64,000 nt of DNA. It comes from Azolla caroliniana. Taxonomy: Eukaryota > Plantae > Polypodiophyta. The position numbers were made by a program, and so were the translations under genes. A model generated the notes under the pieces. That model had not been told where the DNA came from and did not search any database. It saw only the letters and a program-made list of their open reading frames with translations. Location: positions 6,076,001 through 6,140,000 of the forward strand of contig JBHGNT010000003.1 in assembly GCA_043228905.1 (NCBI GenBank), written 5' to 3'. Of the stretch, positions 1 through 12,567 are shown piece after piece (within the stretch, counting starts at the first letter, position 1; every line of letters begins with the position of its first letter).

Positions 1-2429
1 AAGGGTGCACCATATTGCTTATGCATTCATATAACAAGACATGTTTTTCACGGTTATTCTTTTTTAAGTTTCGTTTTTTATTTAAAGAAACGATCCATGT
101 ATGTATGTAGAGCTAAGGACCCCTTTGACCAAATGGAGCATTTCATTCGGCTCCCTTTCAAGAGTATGTGGTTTTATAGGTATTGTGAACTTATGTGGTG
201 ACAATGATCAAGTGTAATGAAGAATAGGTTTGTTTGTGCCACAATTTGTACAAGGTCGATTGTGGTGTGCATATCTTTGTATGCAAGGTTAACATTTATG
301 AGTACAAAATCCAAATTTCGCCCTATTCATTTTCTAGTAGATTTTCATCACTCCCTTTTTGGGGTTCTGTTGTTATCATAATTGTCACAATAATAAGAAA
401 ACATATGCAGGATCCATTTGAATACGTTATTAATGGGATACAAAGACCAATACTCCCCATGATTAGAAATGAAAATATTATTGCATGTGTTTTTCATTGA
501 AAGATTTAGTTCTTCTGATCTTAGAAGCAATTATATGATACTAATACAAACTCGATTATTTGCATCTTATTGTTTTGATTAACGCTTTATATCTTTCATG
601 TGCTTGGGCATAATTCTTTAGTATAGTCTTAGCCTTTAAACACACAAAAAATATGGGACCTTTTTAAGAACCACTAAGAATCCATAAGTAAAAGTACGGT
701 CATCGTTTTATTTGATGTTTAAACTTTTCATTGAGCTATAAGGGTGGGTGTCAATGTTCAATAGACCACAAAAAACGATAGATTTCTCATTCTATACAAT
801 ATTTCGTCATAGTAAAAAATAAGAATTGCAATAGGTTACAAAGATATTCCATCAAAAGGCTATGTAGAGACATAAATTATGAACAAAAAGAAATGTACAA
901 GTGACTAGTTTACAAATATCTATGGCCAAAAAACGAGGGTGTACCTCTAACAAACCCATGAGATTATGTATGATAGTGTTATTATTTTTGTAGTATGGTT
1001 GTTATTACCCAACAAACTAGGCATAGATTCAAATTGATGTTGTCTTTGACACAATCCAGACAATGGCTATTTTATTATATGAGCTAAGTTTTCAATTAGG
1101 TCTATAGTATGTGGCAAATACCTACGCAAGAAATTGAGCAAGACAAAAGTTTTGGTGTGTATTTGTTTAAGGAATTATCTATGGGAATGATCATGTTAAA
1201 GTTATTATGGATTATGACGTGCCACGCCCATAAACTCTTCTTGGTAATGAAAAGTGTATATTTTCATTTAGCAACACAAGGATTGGTAGTTGGATTGGTG
1301 TGTACCTTCATTTGGCAACACAATGAAAAGCTTATGCTACACAACACAATGAAGAAGCATTATGCCTTTTGCATTAACAATGAGACTAATGATACTACCC
1401 AAAGCAGATTATGCATCTAATCTTTCACAATTTTGGTAGAGCATCATGTGTATTTTAACAAAGAAATAAACATGTAATGCTGGATTCACTCTCATTCGCC
1501 AAGAATTCTCAAACAAGTTTTCTTGCTACTAGATGATTCTCTTCTTATTCCTTTGTGCAAAAGGGGCTACATATGTGCTTAGAAATCAATGTTGTCACCC
1601 CTTTGGGGATGGGATGGATTATACTATAGACTTCATACTAATTTTGTGACTTGGTCTTGAGATTATTCAGCGAAATTTAAAATATAAGTTCAAGAAATGT
1701 TCTTGGAAATGTGATACCCCAATTGCAAGTTGATGTGATTGCTTCCTTGAGATTGTGGATATGCAAGGATTAGTGGGACCCCTTCACAATTTAATGTCCT
1801 CATTTATGTATATTACATCAAAGGCTACGTATACGTAGCATTGTAAAGACATTGGCACTGTTGTGCGTAAGAGAATGGGCTATTTTCAAAAGTATCCATG
1901 TATAAAATTTGAACGAGTTTCTATTGATTTTATAAGAGGAAGTGCTTACACGTATAAATCATCATGCCCTACTAATGCTTTCTCCAAGCTACATTGAAGT
2001 TGAAATTTTGTGGAATTCCTATGCTCGAAAGACATGCTAGCAACCATTGAACAAATATTTTGAAAGAAACTTGAAATGTCAATTGAGGTTTGCACCAAAT
2101 CGCAAATGCAATTCATCAACGAGCTTTATTAGCCAACTCTACAAAACTTTCTCATGGAGAGAATGTGCCAATCATTCACCAAAGCTTGCTCGTTGGTGAT
2201 GATGTTCAAAGATTCTCTCATAGATTTATAAGTACCAACCCAAGTCCCAACTAAAAATCAAGAGAGTTATAAAAACCGACCATGTGAACCTTCATACAAC
2301 GATAATAACATATTTCATGTATTGTAAATATAGCACTACAAGCACAAGACAAAGATAACTAAATTGATTATTAAACCAGGCAATTATTTTTAACTCTAAA
2401 AGACCAAGTAGGTTTAGTTGACAAATAAA

Positions 2430-2880
2430 ACTTCAGAAGTGAGCTTTGTAAACCAATGAGAGAATGTTTCTACCCAAATCTTGCTTAGTAGGATACTAAT
2501 TTAGTTTAGCTTAGCGAGAAGGACATTTGTTCTTCATAGTGTTTCTCGCATAACCAAGAAACTCGAGTACCCCCACTCGTTTTGGCACACCAAAGATAAA
2601 ATGTCACAATTATGTTTTGGTCTCTCAAACCTCCATTCTCATCTAATATGAAAACCAATAAGTTTTGCCATTCTTTGAAAAACTCGTGTACTTGGACATA
2701 CATGAGACATTTTCAATGAGGTAGATCTATCACATTTGGATTTAATAGCATTTGACATCATAGGGTGCACTTTCGCGAGTTTGAGGTAGGGAGTCCAATC
2801 AAGTATGAAAGAGCTTGCAAGTGGAGCAATAGAGCTAATACCAAGTCCAATAGTTTAGTCAAAACATAAAAGAAACTTTT
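2430..2880 (-). pseudogene. Degenerate TORNADO1-like C-terminal fragment (copy A)
   Basis: ORF 2506-2703 (FKEWQNLLVFILDENGG...GGTRVSWLCEKHYE) is homologous to the C-termini at 3093 and 8023; frame is broken upstream. Confidence 0.75.
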
Positions 2881-3092
2881 ATGCCACATACATAGTTCCC
2901 AAAACACAGTTTTTATGTTACACATCTAGTTTTGTTTATTTTTAGAGTTAAGTATTAACACAAAGATATGGAACCAACCATGTGATGATTCATACAACAA
3001 CGATAGAGAAAATTACCTTGAGAAAGTTGTAGGGTTTTCAAACCAGTGTGAGAATGTCCCACACACACAAAAAAAAACTGAATATTTTGATT

Positions 3093-4553
3093 TTAATTTA
3101 GGGGGAATGGTCGTTTTCCTTCATAATGTGTCTTGCATAACCATGCAACTTGAGTACCCCCATCAACTTTATTATCATAGATGGCATGCCTCAAGCAAAA
3201 CTTCTTATATATGTTTTCGTCTGTTACACCTCCATTTTCTGCCAATATGGATGCCAAACACTTTTGCCATTCCTTGAAGGACTGCTTTGCATCAAATTCT
3301 GATTTCATAATCCTCGTTATAATAGAGTAGCCGTTTGAAAGTTTTAGGTGGGGAGTCCAATCAGGTATTAAAAGCCCTGTTGAATTTATACCAACTCCAA
3401 TAGCTTTAGTCAAAACAAGAAAGAAACCATTAATATAGGGAAGAGCTTTGTGTAGATCGTCTCGATGAGACTCTAACCAAGAGGTGAGGACGATCCCAGG
3501 TTGGTTTTCCACGGGGTGTGGCAAGGTTGGATCCTCACAATAGAAATGGATTTCAACTAATGATATCCCTAACATTGAAGACACAAATTTCTTTACATTC
3601 TTGTCATCGATGGTTGTGAGGATGGCCACTTGAGGGAGTTGCTTCTCTGCCTCATTTTCCGTAGCTGACCTCAATAGTTTACCTATAGATTTCTCAATGT
3701 TGGTTATAACATCTCTTCTCAAACATTGAAATTCTTCATGAAATTCTCTCCTCATTTCATCCACCTTCCCTAAGACCTCATTATGATTGGTATCTAGCTT
3801 TTGATATAGAATTGAGATTACCTTTGCCATGACCTTGATAGATCGCACCTCAACATCAGTTGCCTCCTCCAATATTTGATCCTCTAGATGTTGTAATAAG
3901 CTATTTTCCAAGCTTTTGGTGGTCATATTTTGTTGGTATTGTTGTTCCCTAGATGCATTGATGTCATCATTCTCAGGGTACAAATATTCCGTCGTTTCCT
4001 TGAGCCATGCTTGACATGACATGAGAACTTCCCTATAATTCTCGGAACCAAGGAGATCAATGAAATTATTTTGTAGAGGATAAGGCGTTTGCCTTGCTCA
4101 TTTCCATTCATAAGATTCTGGCTCACCCTACAAAAGCTTTCTTCTCAATTGTTGTTTCAAATAAGTTATTTCCACACATTGATCTTCTCTATCTTGTGCT
4201 CTTGACGGATCATGTAAGGAGTCAGGTCGGATAATGCTCTCGATTAGCTTAACCCCTTGGATACCAGTAGGTTGTGCGCATATCGTGACCAAAGTGTTGA
4301 TGATACACTTTAATTCCATGTCAACTAAGGTTGCCGACTTGTGATGTTGACTATTGTTTGGATTATTAGCCCGAACCAATACATCTATCACATACTCTGA
4401 TTTTGCTTGGTAGAACACGACGATGATCTCCTTGTTTGGAAAGCAAATGGATATGAAATCTTTTCCCAACATGACAGTAGCTTTATATTCCTCCTCGAGT
4501 GGTTGGAAGGCTTTGTTGAATAACACTTGAACCCTCGGAAATAATCCTGGTGT
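3093..4553 (-). pseudogene. TORNADO1 (TRN1)-like ROCO protein, COR/C-terminal region, 5'-truncated with two in-frame stops (copy B)
   Basis: Motifs TPGLFPRVQV, LIESIIRP, LLGSENYREVL, IHFYCED..HPVENQPG and KFCLRHAIY..VAWLCKTH match recalled TRN1 motifs TPGFFPRLQV, LLEHIIRP, LLSDDDFREVL, IHMLCE..HVVEDQLG and KFGLWRVRY..IAWICKRH. ORFs 4128-4592 and 3093-4022 are in one frame, separated by TAG (4128-4130) and TGA (~4098-4100). The 5' part is replaced by a LINE at ~4553. Confidence 0.8.
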
Positions 4554-5462
4554 CTCCACTTGCAAGAAAAGATAAAGTTTTTTTGGTGGCAAAATCGGGC
4601 ATAATGTGGTTCCCGTTGGCGAATGGCTAGGTAAACGTGGCGGCCCATTAGGCTGCCCACTTTGCCATTCACCTATTGAGACTCTTAGGCATTGTCTATG
4701 GGATTGCCCTCATGCTCAAAAGGTTTGGGATATAGTGACTCGCCTCCTTGCGGCATGTGAAGTGGAAGGAACAACATCGTGGAGTGCTGCGGCATGGCTT
4801 GATCATTTTGGTGATAGGTGGACGGGCGCCTTCAATGCGGATAGTTGGTGCTATGTATGCATGCGAGGAAAAATCTCCAAGATTCGATTTGAGAGAGGCT
4901 TGCAGTCTGCATCCCCTAGGTTCCCGCATATTTGGATGCTAATAGTAGGCTTCACCCTGTGGTATGTATGGAAAGCGTGCTGCCTAAAGGTCTTCTAGGA
5001 TCTAGTGCGACCCCCGGAGGAAGTGATTATGGACATATGGTTTGCGCTTATTAGCTGCCTACAAGGGCAATTGGATGAGGTTTGCAGTCATTCCTCTAAC
5101 GTGGATACTACTTGTTTCCGCTTTTGACAAAAATGGCGGAACATGCCTATGGTGACACAAGTAGGAAGTAGCCCGAGGTGGAACTACCAGCCCCCACGTT
5201 GGTTGTTTCCGGCTCACTTACCACCCTCCCTCTGTTGTCGACCCCAAGAGTTGTCTCGTACTAGCCATCACTACAGGGCACTGTTTTAGCTGTAGGTACT
5301 TACATTAAGTAGTTCGTCTGAAAGGCGATGTAACTAGTCTCAATTTCTAGGACTTGATCGGAGGGGGATTCCCCGCTCTATGCTTAAGCCTCCTTGTACA
5401 GTCTCTTTGTAATAATCTTACCTAACTAATGGGAAAGTAGCTTCATTTTGGAAAAAAAAAAA
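4553..5462 (+). mobile_element. 5'-truncated L1-like LINE 3' end (zf-RVT region, 3' UTR, poly(A))
   Basis: KIKFFWW..HNVVPVGEW..CPLC..ETLRHCLWDC zinc-finger; A-tail at ~5452-5462; close inverted copy at 19066-19685. Confidence 0.85.
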
Positions 5463-5640
5463 CAATGATGAGAGCAATCTCTAATGTCATTATCTTTATC
5501 ATTTTTAGTTTTATCCTCATATGTCTCCTAACAATGATGAGAGCAATCTCCAATGCTATCATCTCTATCACTTCTATTTTTTTTCTATTTTTATCCTTAT
5601 ATGTTACCAAACAATGATGACAACAATCTCATTTCTTACC
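5461..5640. repeat. Three degenerate copies of an AACAATGATGAGAGCAATCTC-headed unit (~70-80 bp spacing)
   Basis: Motif starts at ~5461, ~5530 and ~5611. Confidence 0.65.
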
Positions 5641-6294
5641 TTGGAGTTCTCATTTTGTTGACCTAGATACAGAAATATGATTTGAGATAATATTTAATAA
5701 CATTTAACTGGCCTCCACGAACAAGTGTTTCATTTTCTTGCCTACAAAAATATGATTTGCGATACAAGGAGGCATGGGTGGGGCATACAAGGTTAAATGT
5801 ATGCATGGTAATTCTTTGGTGCTAATATTGGGTAAAAATCAAACATGATATTACAATCATTGTGATAGCAAGTTGCCTTTAAATCATAATCATAGTGATA
5901 TTTCGATTGCTATGTAACCTTTGAAGGACCATCATATATTGATTGGTGATGGGACAGAGAGTGCATAACAAGTGCTACAATTGTTGATGTTCATTACCTA
6001 GATATTGTGGGAGAATGATGGTTCGCAATAACAAATAGCAATGTATCTATCACTAATATTTATGCTTCAAAAGTTAGAATTCTTGTTACATAGATTTGTT
6101 GTTTAAATAGATTTGTTTAGACTTTGGTATGATTCTATTTTGCCAAGTTTAATTCTCATTCCTAAATCCTTATGTTTACTCATTTGCATATTCATATTTG
6201 TACATTGTTGAATGGTAACCTTATTTGGCTTCTTTTGTACAGTCCATGGACATGAGAAGATGTTGATGCCTTTTTGCAACTAGGGAGGTTGACT

Positions 6295-6500
6295 CGAATA
6301 TTGTATCTTCAATTTCAACTTCTGTAAGTACACAATCTCCCATATTGTATCTTCAATTTTCACTTTCGTAATATTCAAACTCGAATATCGTTTCTTCAGT
6401 TTTTACTCATGTAAATACTCAAATTCATATATTGTATCTTTAGTGTTATGTAACGGTTTTATGCGTCTTCACTTTTCAGCATTGTATCTTCACTTTCAAT
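6295..6500. repeat. Degenerate ~45-bp tandem repeat with core ATATTGTATCTTCAATTT
   Basis: About five copies visible between 6298 and 6500. Confidence 0.65.
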
Positions 6501-7429
6501 TTAGTTCTTAGTCTTCTTGTAAAGTCCCAAATATTATTAATATTTTCTTGTAAACTTCCTATTATTTTGAATGCGTCTATTTCAGTTAGCTATTTATGAA
6601 GGAAAAACTTGCTTGAGTATCTCTTGAACTAGAGGACTAATAAAAGTTATAATATGGGTCAATTGCATGATGTTTCAAAGTTCAAACAAATCGAGGCCAT
6701 ATCAACCAAGTTACAATATTCATTCAAAAATAGGTTCATTTGCCCTATTGGTTTTGCATGAACATTTTGAAACAATAGCAGGGAACATGTTGCGTATATA
6801 GCAAGTGTTTTTTTGTTGACTGGATAAGAAGCTTATTTTGTGGGTATCTAGATACCTTAACACATCTCTACTCCCAAATTTTCAATCATCTTGAATCTTT
6901 GACCTTTGTTTTCTTTGATTCATGTCTGCAACACAAATCCATTCTTATGTTGATCCTTTTTGTTCTATTTTTTTTTTTTAAACATATCCTTCCATTAGTT
7001 TAAAAAACCATATCAGCTACAGAATATAAAATGGTGGAAAGGAGATGATTATCCTTCCCCAACCCGTCTTGTGTAAGACACTAGCTAGATGTTTATCTTT
7101 TTTGTTCTAAATTGAGTCTTGACGAGTTACCAAAACCCTATATCTAAAGTTTTATTCATATGTTTATTTCCCTACATGTAGTGAAATCTACTAAGTCTAC
7201 CAAACAACATTATTAGTTGTTGTCATGCAAATAAATGAGCTGATTATAGTATATTTTGGATAGATATTGTAGTATAGCATTTGTGTATTGTCACATCAAT
7301 AAAATTGATCATCTAATCAAGTTTTAAGCACACCATTTTGAGTTAAGACTTTTAAATCAATGTGCTTTATATTACAAAATGAAGCTTGAGATCTATACGC
7401 AGGCCTTAAACCAATTAAAAATCACGAGA

Positions 7430-7530
7430 CCTTGCAAGTGGAGCCACGGAGCTAATACCAAGTCCAATAGTTGTTGTCAAAACAGAAAAGAAAGATTAAT
7501 ATATGGAAGAGATTTATCTAGACTTTCTCC
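7430..7530 (-). pseudogene. Short TRN1-like fragment paralogous to 2815-2880
   Basis: CTTGCAAGTGGAGC...GAGCTAATACCAAGTCCAATAGTT is shared with 2815-2855; the reverse strand encodes an LPYIN-like segment. Confidence 0.6.
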
Positions 7531-8022
7531 ATTCCTTGCGTGGAGGCGTGTTTGGCAAATAGTTATCTCTCTTGCATGGGCTATACTATACATGAAAACG
7601 ATACCTAACCTTGGGACATATAAGATCCATTTTCATCATGGGTGACTATAACGAGGGAATGTTAATATTCAATTGCAATGCAACAATAATTTGTGCCACG
7701 TACACAAGTTGTGTTATACATCTAGTTTTGTTGATTTAACGCCAAGATGCAACGTCATTTCTTTAACATTTAATGCAAGAAGATGGATAAACACTGTAGT
7801 AAAAAATTCAGTAAGAAACATTTCTGAATGAAGAAAAGAAATATGTCATGTTCCATAAGAATATTTTGAAACTTCAAACATAAGCTTGATTTGTCTCTAT
7901 ATAGAACACGAAAATTACCTTCAGTTGAGAAACTTGTAGGGTTTTCATGCCAATGAGAGAATGTCACTATCCAAATGCATGCATGCACACACACGAAAAA
8001 AATAAAAACCAATACTTTGATT

Positions 8023-8722
8023 TCAATTTAGTGGGAATGGTCGTTTTCCTTCATAATGTGTCTTGCATAACCATGCAACTTGAGTACCCCCATCAACTTT
8101 ATTATCATAGCGGGCACGCCTCAACCGAAACCTCTCATAGATGTTTTCGTATGTTACACCTCTATTTTGTGCCAGTATGGATGCCAAACATTTTTGCCAT
8201 TCCTTGAAGTGTTGCTTTGGATCAAATTCAGATTTCATAATACCCGATATAATGGAGTACCCTTTTGAAAGTTTTAGGCGGGGACTCCAATTAGGTAGCG
8301 AAAGCCCCGTTGAACTTAATATACCTACTCTAATAGCTTTAGTCAAAAGAAGAATGAAACAATTAATATAAGGAAGAGCTTTTTCTAGGCTGTCTCGATG
8401 AGACTCTAACCAAGAGGTGAGGGTAATTCCATTTTGGTTTTCCACTTGGTGTGGCCCGGTTGGATCCTCACAGTATAAATGGAGTTCAACTATTGATATT
8501 CCTAACATTGATGTCACAAATTTCTTTATATTATTGTGATCGATATATGTAAGGATGGCCACTTGAGGAAGTTGCTTCTCTGCCTCATTCTCCATAGCTA
8601 ACCTCAATAACTTACCTAAAGATTTCTCAATGTTGGTTATAACATCTTTTCTCAAACATTGAAATTCTTGATGAAGTTCTCTCCTCATTTCATCCACCTT
8701 CCCTAAGACCTCATTATGATTG
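8023..8722 (-). pseudogene. TRN1-like C-terminal domain (copy C), 5'-truncated but open reading frame
   Basis: 240-aa ORF highly similar to 3093-3790; homology ends abruptly at ~8722 (...CATTATGATTGG). Confidence 0.75.
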
Positions 8723-9515
8723 GAGACCTCTAAAAGATCATCCACACCCCATCTTCTAAACCATTTCTTTATGTCAACAACCCAACCAGATGAGATAATC
8801 TTACTTTTATGATTCTTTTGTAGCTTACTGTGAAAGTGTTTTAGGAATTCAAGCCATTGAACATTAGAAGAATATAAAGTATGGATAATTCACATTTGGA
8901 GGCTAAGAACACGAACCAAGACCTTAGGACAAAGTCAAAAGTAGAAGTAAGAGATCAATAGAAAAGTAAAAAGAGAAAAAGCAAACCATAAAAAATAGTA
9001 ACAAAGGAATGGTCATAACTCCTTCACCCAAATATCCTGTTTAAATATGGGTTAGAAATCTTGTAAAGAGAGCTTTCTATAGCTTTTTAAATCTCTAAAT
9101 TTGGAGCTCGGATGAGGGAGATATGACGATTAGAAGGTCTTTGCTAAAAATAAGAGATAAAAAGCTTCTAAAAATAGCATGAACGAGGAGGAAGAAGAAA
9201 ATTATAAAAGAGGGGGGTCTTAAGAGAGAAGGGGAAGGTCTTAGTGAAGGGAGGGGATCCTAATAGAGGAAGAGGAGTCTTAGGAAGAAGGTCTTAGTGG
9301 AAGAGGAAGGGTCTTAATAGTGGTTTTGAGTGATTGGTAGTAAGAAGGTCTTTTGTTTCTTAGTTGAATGTGGAGTTTATCTCCTTTGTATTGTCTTGAT
9401 ATTGGAATATCATAACAATCTTATATCTTTCTCATCTTCTCTATCTTTTTTCTGAATTTCTTGAGTTTCTCTCTAATTTGTAGATACCTTGATCTTGACG
9501 GGGACCCAACCCCAA

Positions 9516-9829
9516 TGTTCCTTATGCGCGACGCTCGGCCACAACCGAGGGTAGAAGGATACACAGAAAAACGGGAAATAAAACTTGACACAAAGAGGAG
9601 AAAGATACACAGGAGGTTTACGTGGAAAACCCCAAACTAGGGAAAAAAAAAACCACGACAGCCCACGGGCTGCAAACTGTCACTATGTGAGAATGTACAA
9701 CAGTGAGTTCACTGAGGCAACGACCTCGTGCTCACAGATCTTCGCCACACGCGGCGGTTACAACAGAGGCAACGACCTTGATCTCTCTCTCTCTCTCTCT
9801 CTCTCTCTGTACAGTTACGCACTCTGATT
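9516..9829 (-). mobile_element. Partial LTR (3' half), same family as the solo LTR at 14897-15602, running into the gap
   Basis: Reverse complement aligns with 15290-15575 (GGGTTTTCCACGTAAAC, CGGTTGTGGCCGAGCGT); terminal TG at 9516. Confidence 0.75.
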
Positions 9830-9929
9830 NNNNNNNNNNNNNNNNNNNNNNNNNNNNNNNNNNNNNNNNNNNNNNNNNNNNNNNNNNNNNNNNNNNNNNN
9901 NNNNNNNNNNNNNNNNNNNNNNNNNNNNN
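9830..9929. other. Assembly gap (100 N)
   Basis: Run of N. Confidence 1.
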
Positions 9930-11760
9930 AATCGGCATAAAAACGCGCTCTATCTTGAGCTGTTTTTATATTATCTCGTGCAATATGCAACATATCTTGC
10001 ATATCCCGAAGAAAGTTTTGCGTACTTCGCAACTCATCATGATGTATATTAACATCAATCGGGGCTCGTGGCTGAAAACCATACATCAACATAAAAGGAC
10101 TATATCCCGTCGACGTATGCTTGGAGCTGTTATAAGCAAACTCCAAAATTGGGAGATAACGTTCCCATTTTGTTGGTTTTGCACCAACGTATGCTCGAAG
10201 CATGTCCTCAATAATTTGATTTACTCGTTCTGTCTGTCCATCGGATTGAGGATGATCCGTGGAGCTCATGCTCAACGTAGTTTCTAACTTCTTAAAGACT
10301 TGTGTCCAGAAGTCACTAGTAAACTTTGGATCTCGATCACTCACGATATCCATCGGTAACCCATAAAAACGAAACAATTCGTCAACAAATTGGTAAGCCA
10401 ATTCAGGAGCTGTTACCGTGGTTTTAGTAGCAATAAATCTGGCCATTTTAGTTAGTCGATCAACGACAACCCAGATGGCATCATGACCTTTTTGGGTGCG
10501 AGGAAGGCTAACAATAAAATCCATGGATATACTTTCCCACTTATTATTGGGAATGTCCAAGGGATGTAAAAGTCCTGCGGCTTTAAGTCGCTCGGCTTTG
10601 TTAACCTGACACTGGTGACATTTAGTCACATAGCTATGTATGTCAGGATGCATCTTAGGCCAATAAAATTGAGTGGAGATGAGAACGAGTGTACGATGTA
10701 TTCCAGGGTGCCCTGCTGAGGGTGCATCATGGCATTCAAAAAGAATCCTCTTTTTGACCTCGGGTAAATCTGGAACACAAACCTTCCCATTACGGTAGAG
10801 CAAACCGTTAGCAATGTGGAAGTATTCCTTCAAGGATGTGGTGGTGTCTGTTCCAGACTCAACTCTAGCCCAGTATTTTGCGAAATAACTGTCATCAGGA
10901 TACTTTCCTCGAAGGTGATCATAAAGATCTGATGATATTTCAGTGAAGCTAAGCGTGTTAACTTCACGGATGCGACTTAGTGCATCAGCGACAGTATTCA
11001 TGGAACCTTTATGATATCGTATGGAAAAATCAAAGTCCTGGATGAGATCAGCCCATCGTGCCTTACGACCTTTCAGGTCTTGTTGGTCACAAAAATATTT
11101 CAAGGACTCGTGGTCCGTAGTTACCACAAAGTGATTTCCATAAAGATAATGGCGCCATGTTTTGAGCGCATGTATAACTGCAAATAATGCCTTTTCTTGA
11201 ACGGTATACCGACATTGAGCAGAATCAAGTTTCTTACTCTCGAATGCTATTGGTTTACCATCTTGATACAAGACAACACCTATAGCATAATCGCTTGCAT
11301 CGGTTTCAACCTCAAAAGGTTTTGAAGGATCAGGTAAAAGAAGTGAAGGAGCCTTGCAAACTAGGTCCTTGAGTTCCTTAAATGCAAGGTCTAGTGTAGC
11401 ATTCCACACAATAGGTTTTGTAGACTTACGCATTTGACCTTTTAAAAGATCAGTAAACGGCATCGTCAATTGGGAGTAATTACGAAGAGACTTTCGCAAA
11501 AACCCCACAAAACCAAGGAATGATCGAACTTCTCGAATATTCCGAAGAGTGGGCCAAAGCTTGATTTTCTCAATGCGAGAAGGATCAATTTCAACTCCTC
11601 GTTCGGTTATGAGATGTCCTAGATAAGTAATTGATTTCTTGAAGAACTCACATTTTGAGATCTTCGCATAAAACTGTTTGTCACGCAATGTTTGTAAAAC
11701 AAAGCGGACATGTCTAGCATGTTCTTGTAATGTACGGCTATAAACTAAAATATCATCCAA
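9930..11760 (-). mobile_element. Ty3/gypsy chromovirus pol fragment: RT C-terminus, RNase H, integrase
   Basis: DDILVYS, ETDASDYAIG, HHCC zinc finger (H-x6-H...CHQC), WESISMDF, IVSDRD, SDGQTERVN; open for ~610 codons. Confidence 0.95.
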
Positions 11761-12126
11761 GCAGTCCTCAAACGCATTGGGTCATGAGCCTATCGTCTCG
11801 CTCTTCCCGATGGTGTCGGAATTCATCCAGTCTTTCATGTGAGTCGTCTAAAAGAACTTCTAGGTTCTGGCGACAATACAGTTACGATTGAAACTCTGGT
11901 TACTTCTGAAGAATTATCTTCTAAACCACATATACCAGAAAGAATTCTCGATGTTAAAACAAAAAAATTACGTACTAAAGAAATCCGAGAATTCAAAATA
12001 AAATGGATGGATAAATCAATAAAAGATGCCACATGGGAACGCGAAAATACTCTTAGAACTAACTTCCCTAACTTTCCATTGCAAGAGTGCAATGTTTTAA
12101 AGAGGGGGAGTATGTTACGGGCATGA
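11761..12126 (+). mobile_element. Integrase C-terminal tail with group II chromodomain, followed by a polypurine tract
   Basis: VLKRIGS*AYRLALP..IHPVFHVSRLK and PERILDVK..FKIKW..DATWE; PPT AAAGAGGGGGAG immediately precedes TGTTAC at 12113. Confidence 0.85.
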
Positions 12127-12567
12127 CCATATAATATCCCGTGGTAAGAATTTACCGTAGTATTCTATACACGTGGATAAGTGTGAGGGTTAAATGAGAG
12201 TGTAAAGAAGGGGAGGATTACTTTTAATCCTCGGGATTGAGACAACCCATTAGGTCAAGTGTGAACTTGCCTGGGGGCCTTGGGTTTCGCTATAAATAAG
12301 AGGCCTAGCTACCCTCATTTGATGATCTTTTGACTACATCGAGACTCTGCTCGTGTGGTGGGTCAACTCTTGTAGCGAGCGCGCCAGCACCAGGTACGAC
12401 TCGACGCCACGGCGGTGGTATGGGACGCCGATCGAGGCTCGAGTCCGTCTCGATCCCTTCGCTCGGGGGTGGTCGGGTGGATCGGCACCTTTCTTTCTCT
12501 TTCTCCTTTCTATCTATCTTTTCATTATCCTTATCTTAAGCTTACGTTAGTACCAAGATCTATAATA
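12113..12567 (+). mobile_element. Putative 3' LTR of the chromovirus
   Basis: Starts TGTTAC right after the PPT; TATAAATA at ~12291; right boundary approximate (degenerate TATAATA instead of GTAACA). Confidence 0.6.

Noticed and set aside
1-2300. Short ORFs, possibly old retroelement debris
   Set aside because: Too degraded to assign a family or boundaries by eye.
8770-9515. Possible additional LTR (TGTCA start, TATA, purine-rich repeats)
   Set aside because: No partner LTR, TSD or clear end found.
9709-11760. 683-aa ORF as one protein
   Set aside because: It reads through the N gap into unrelated LTR sequence.
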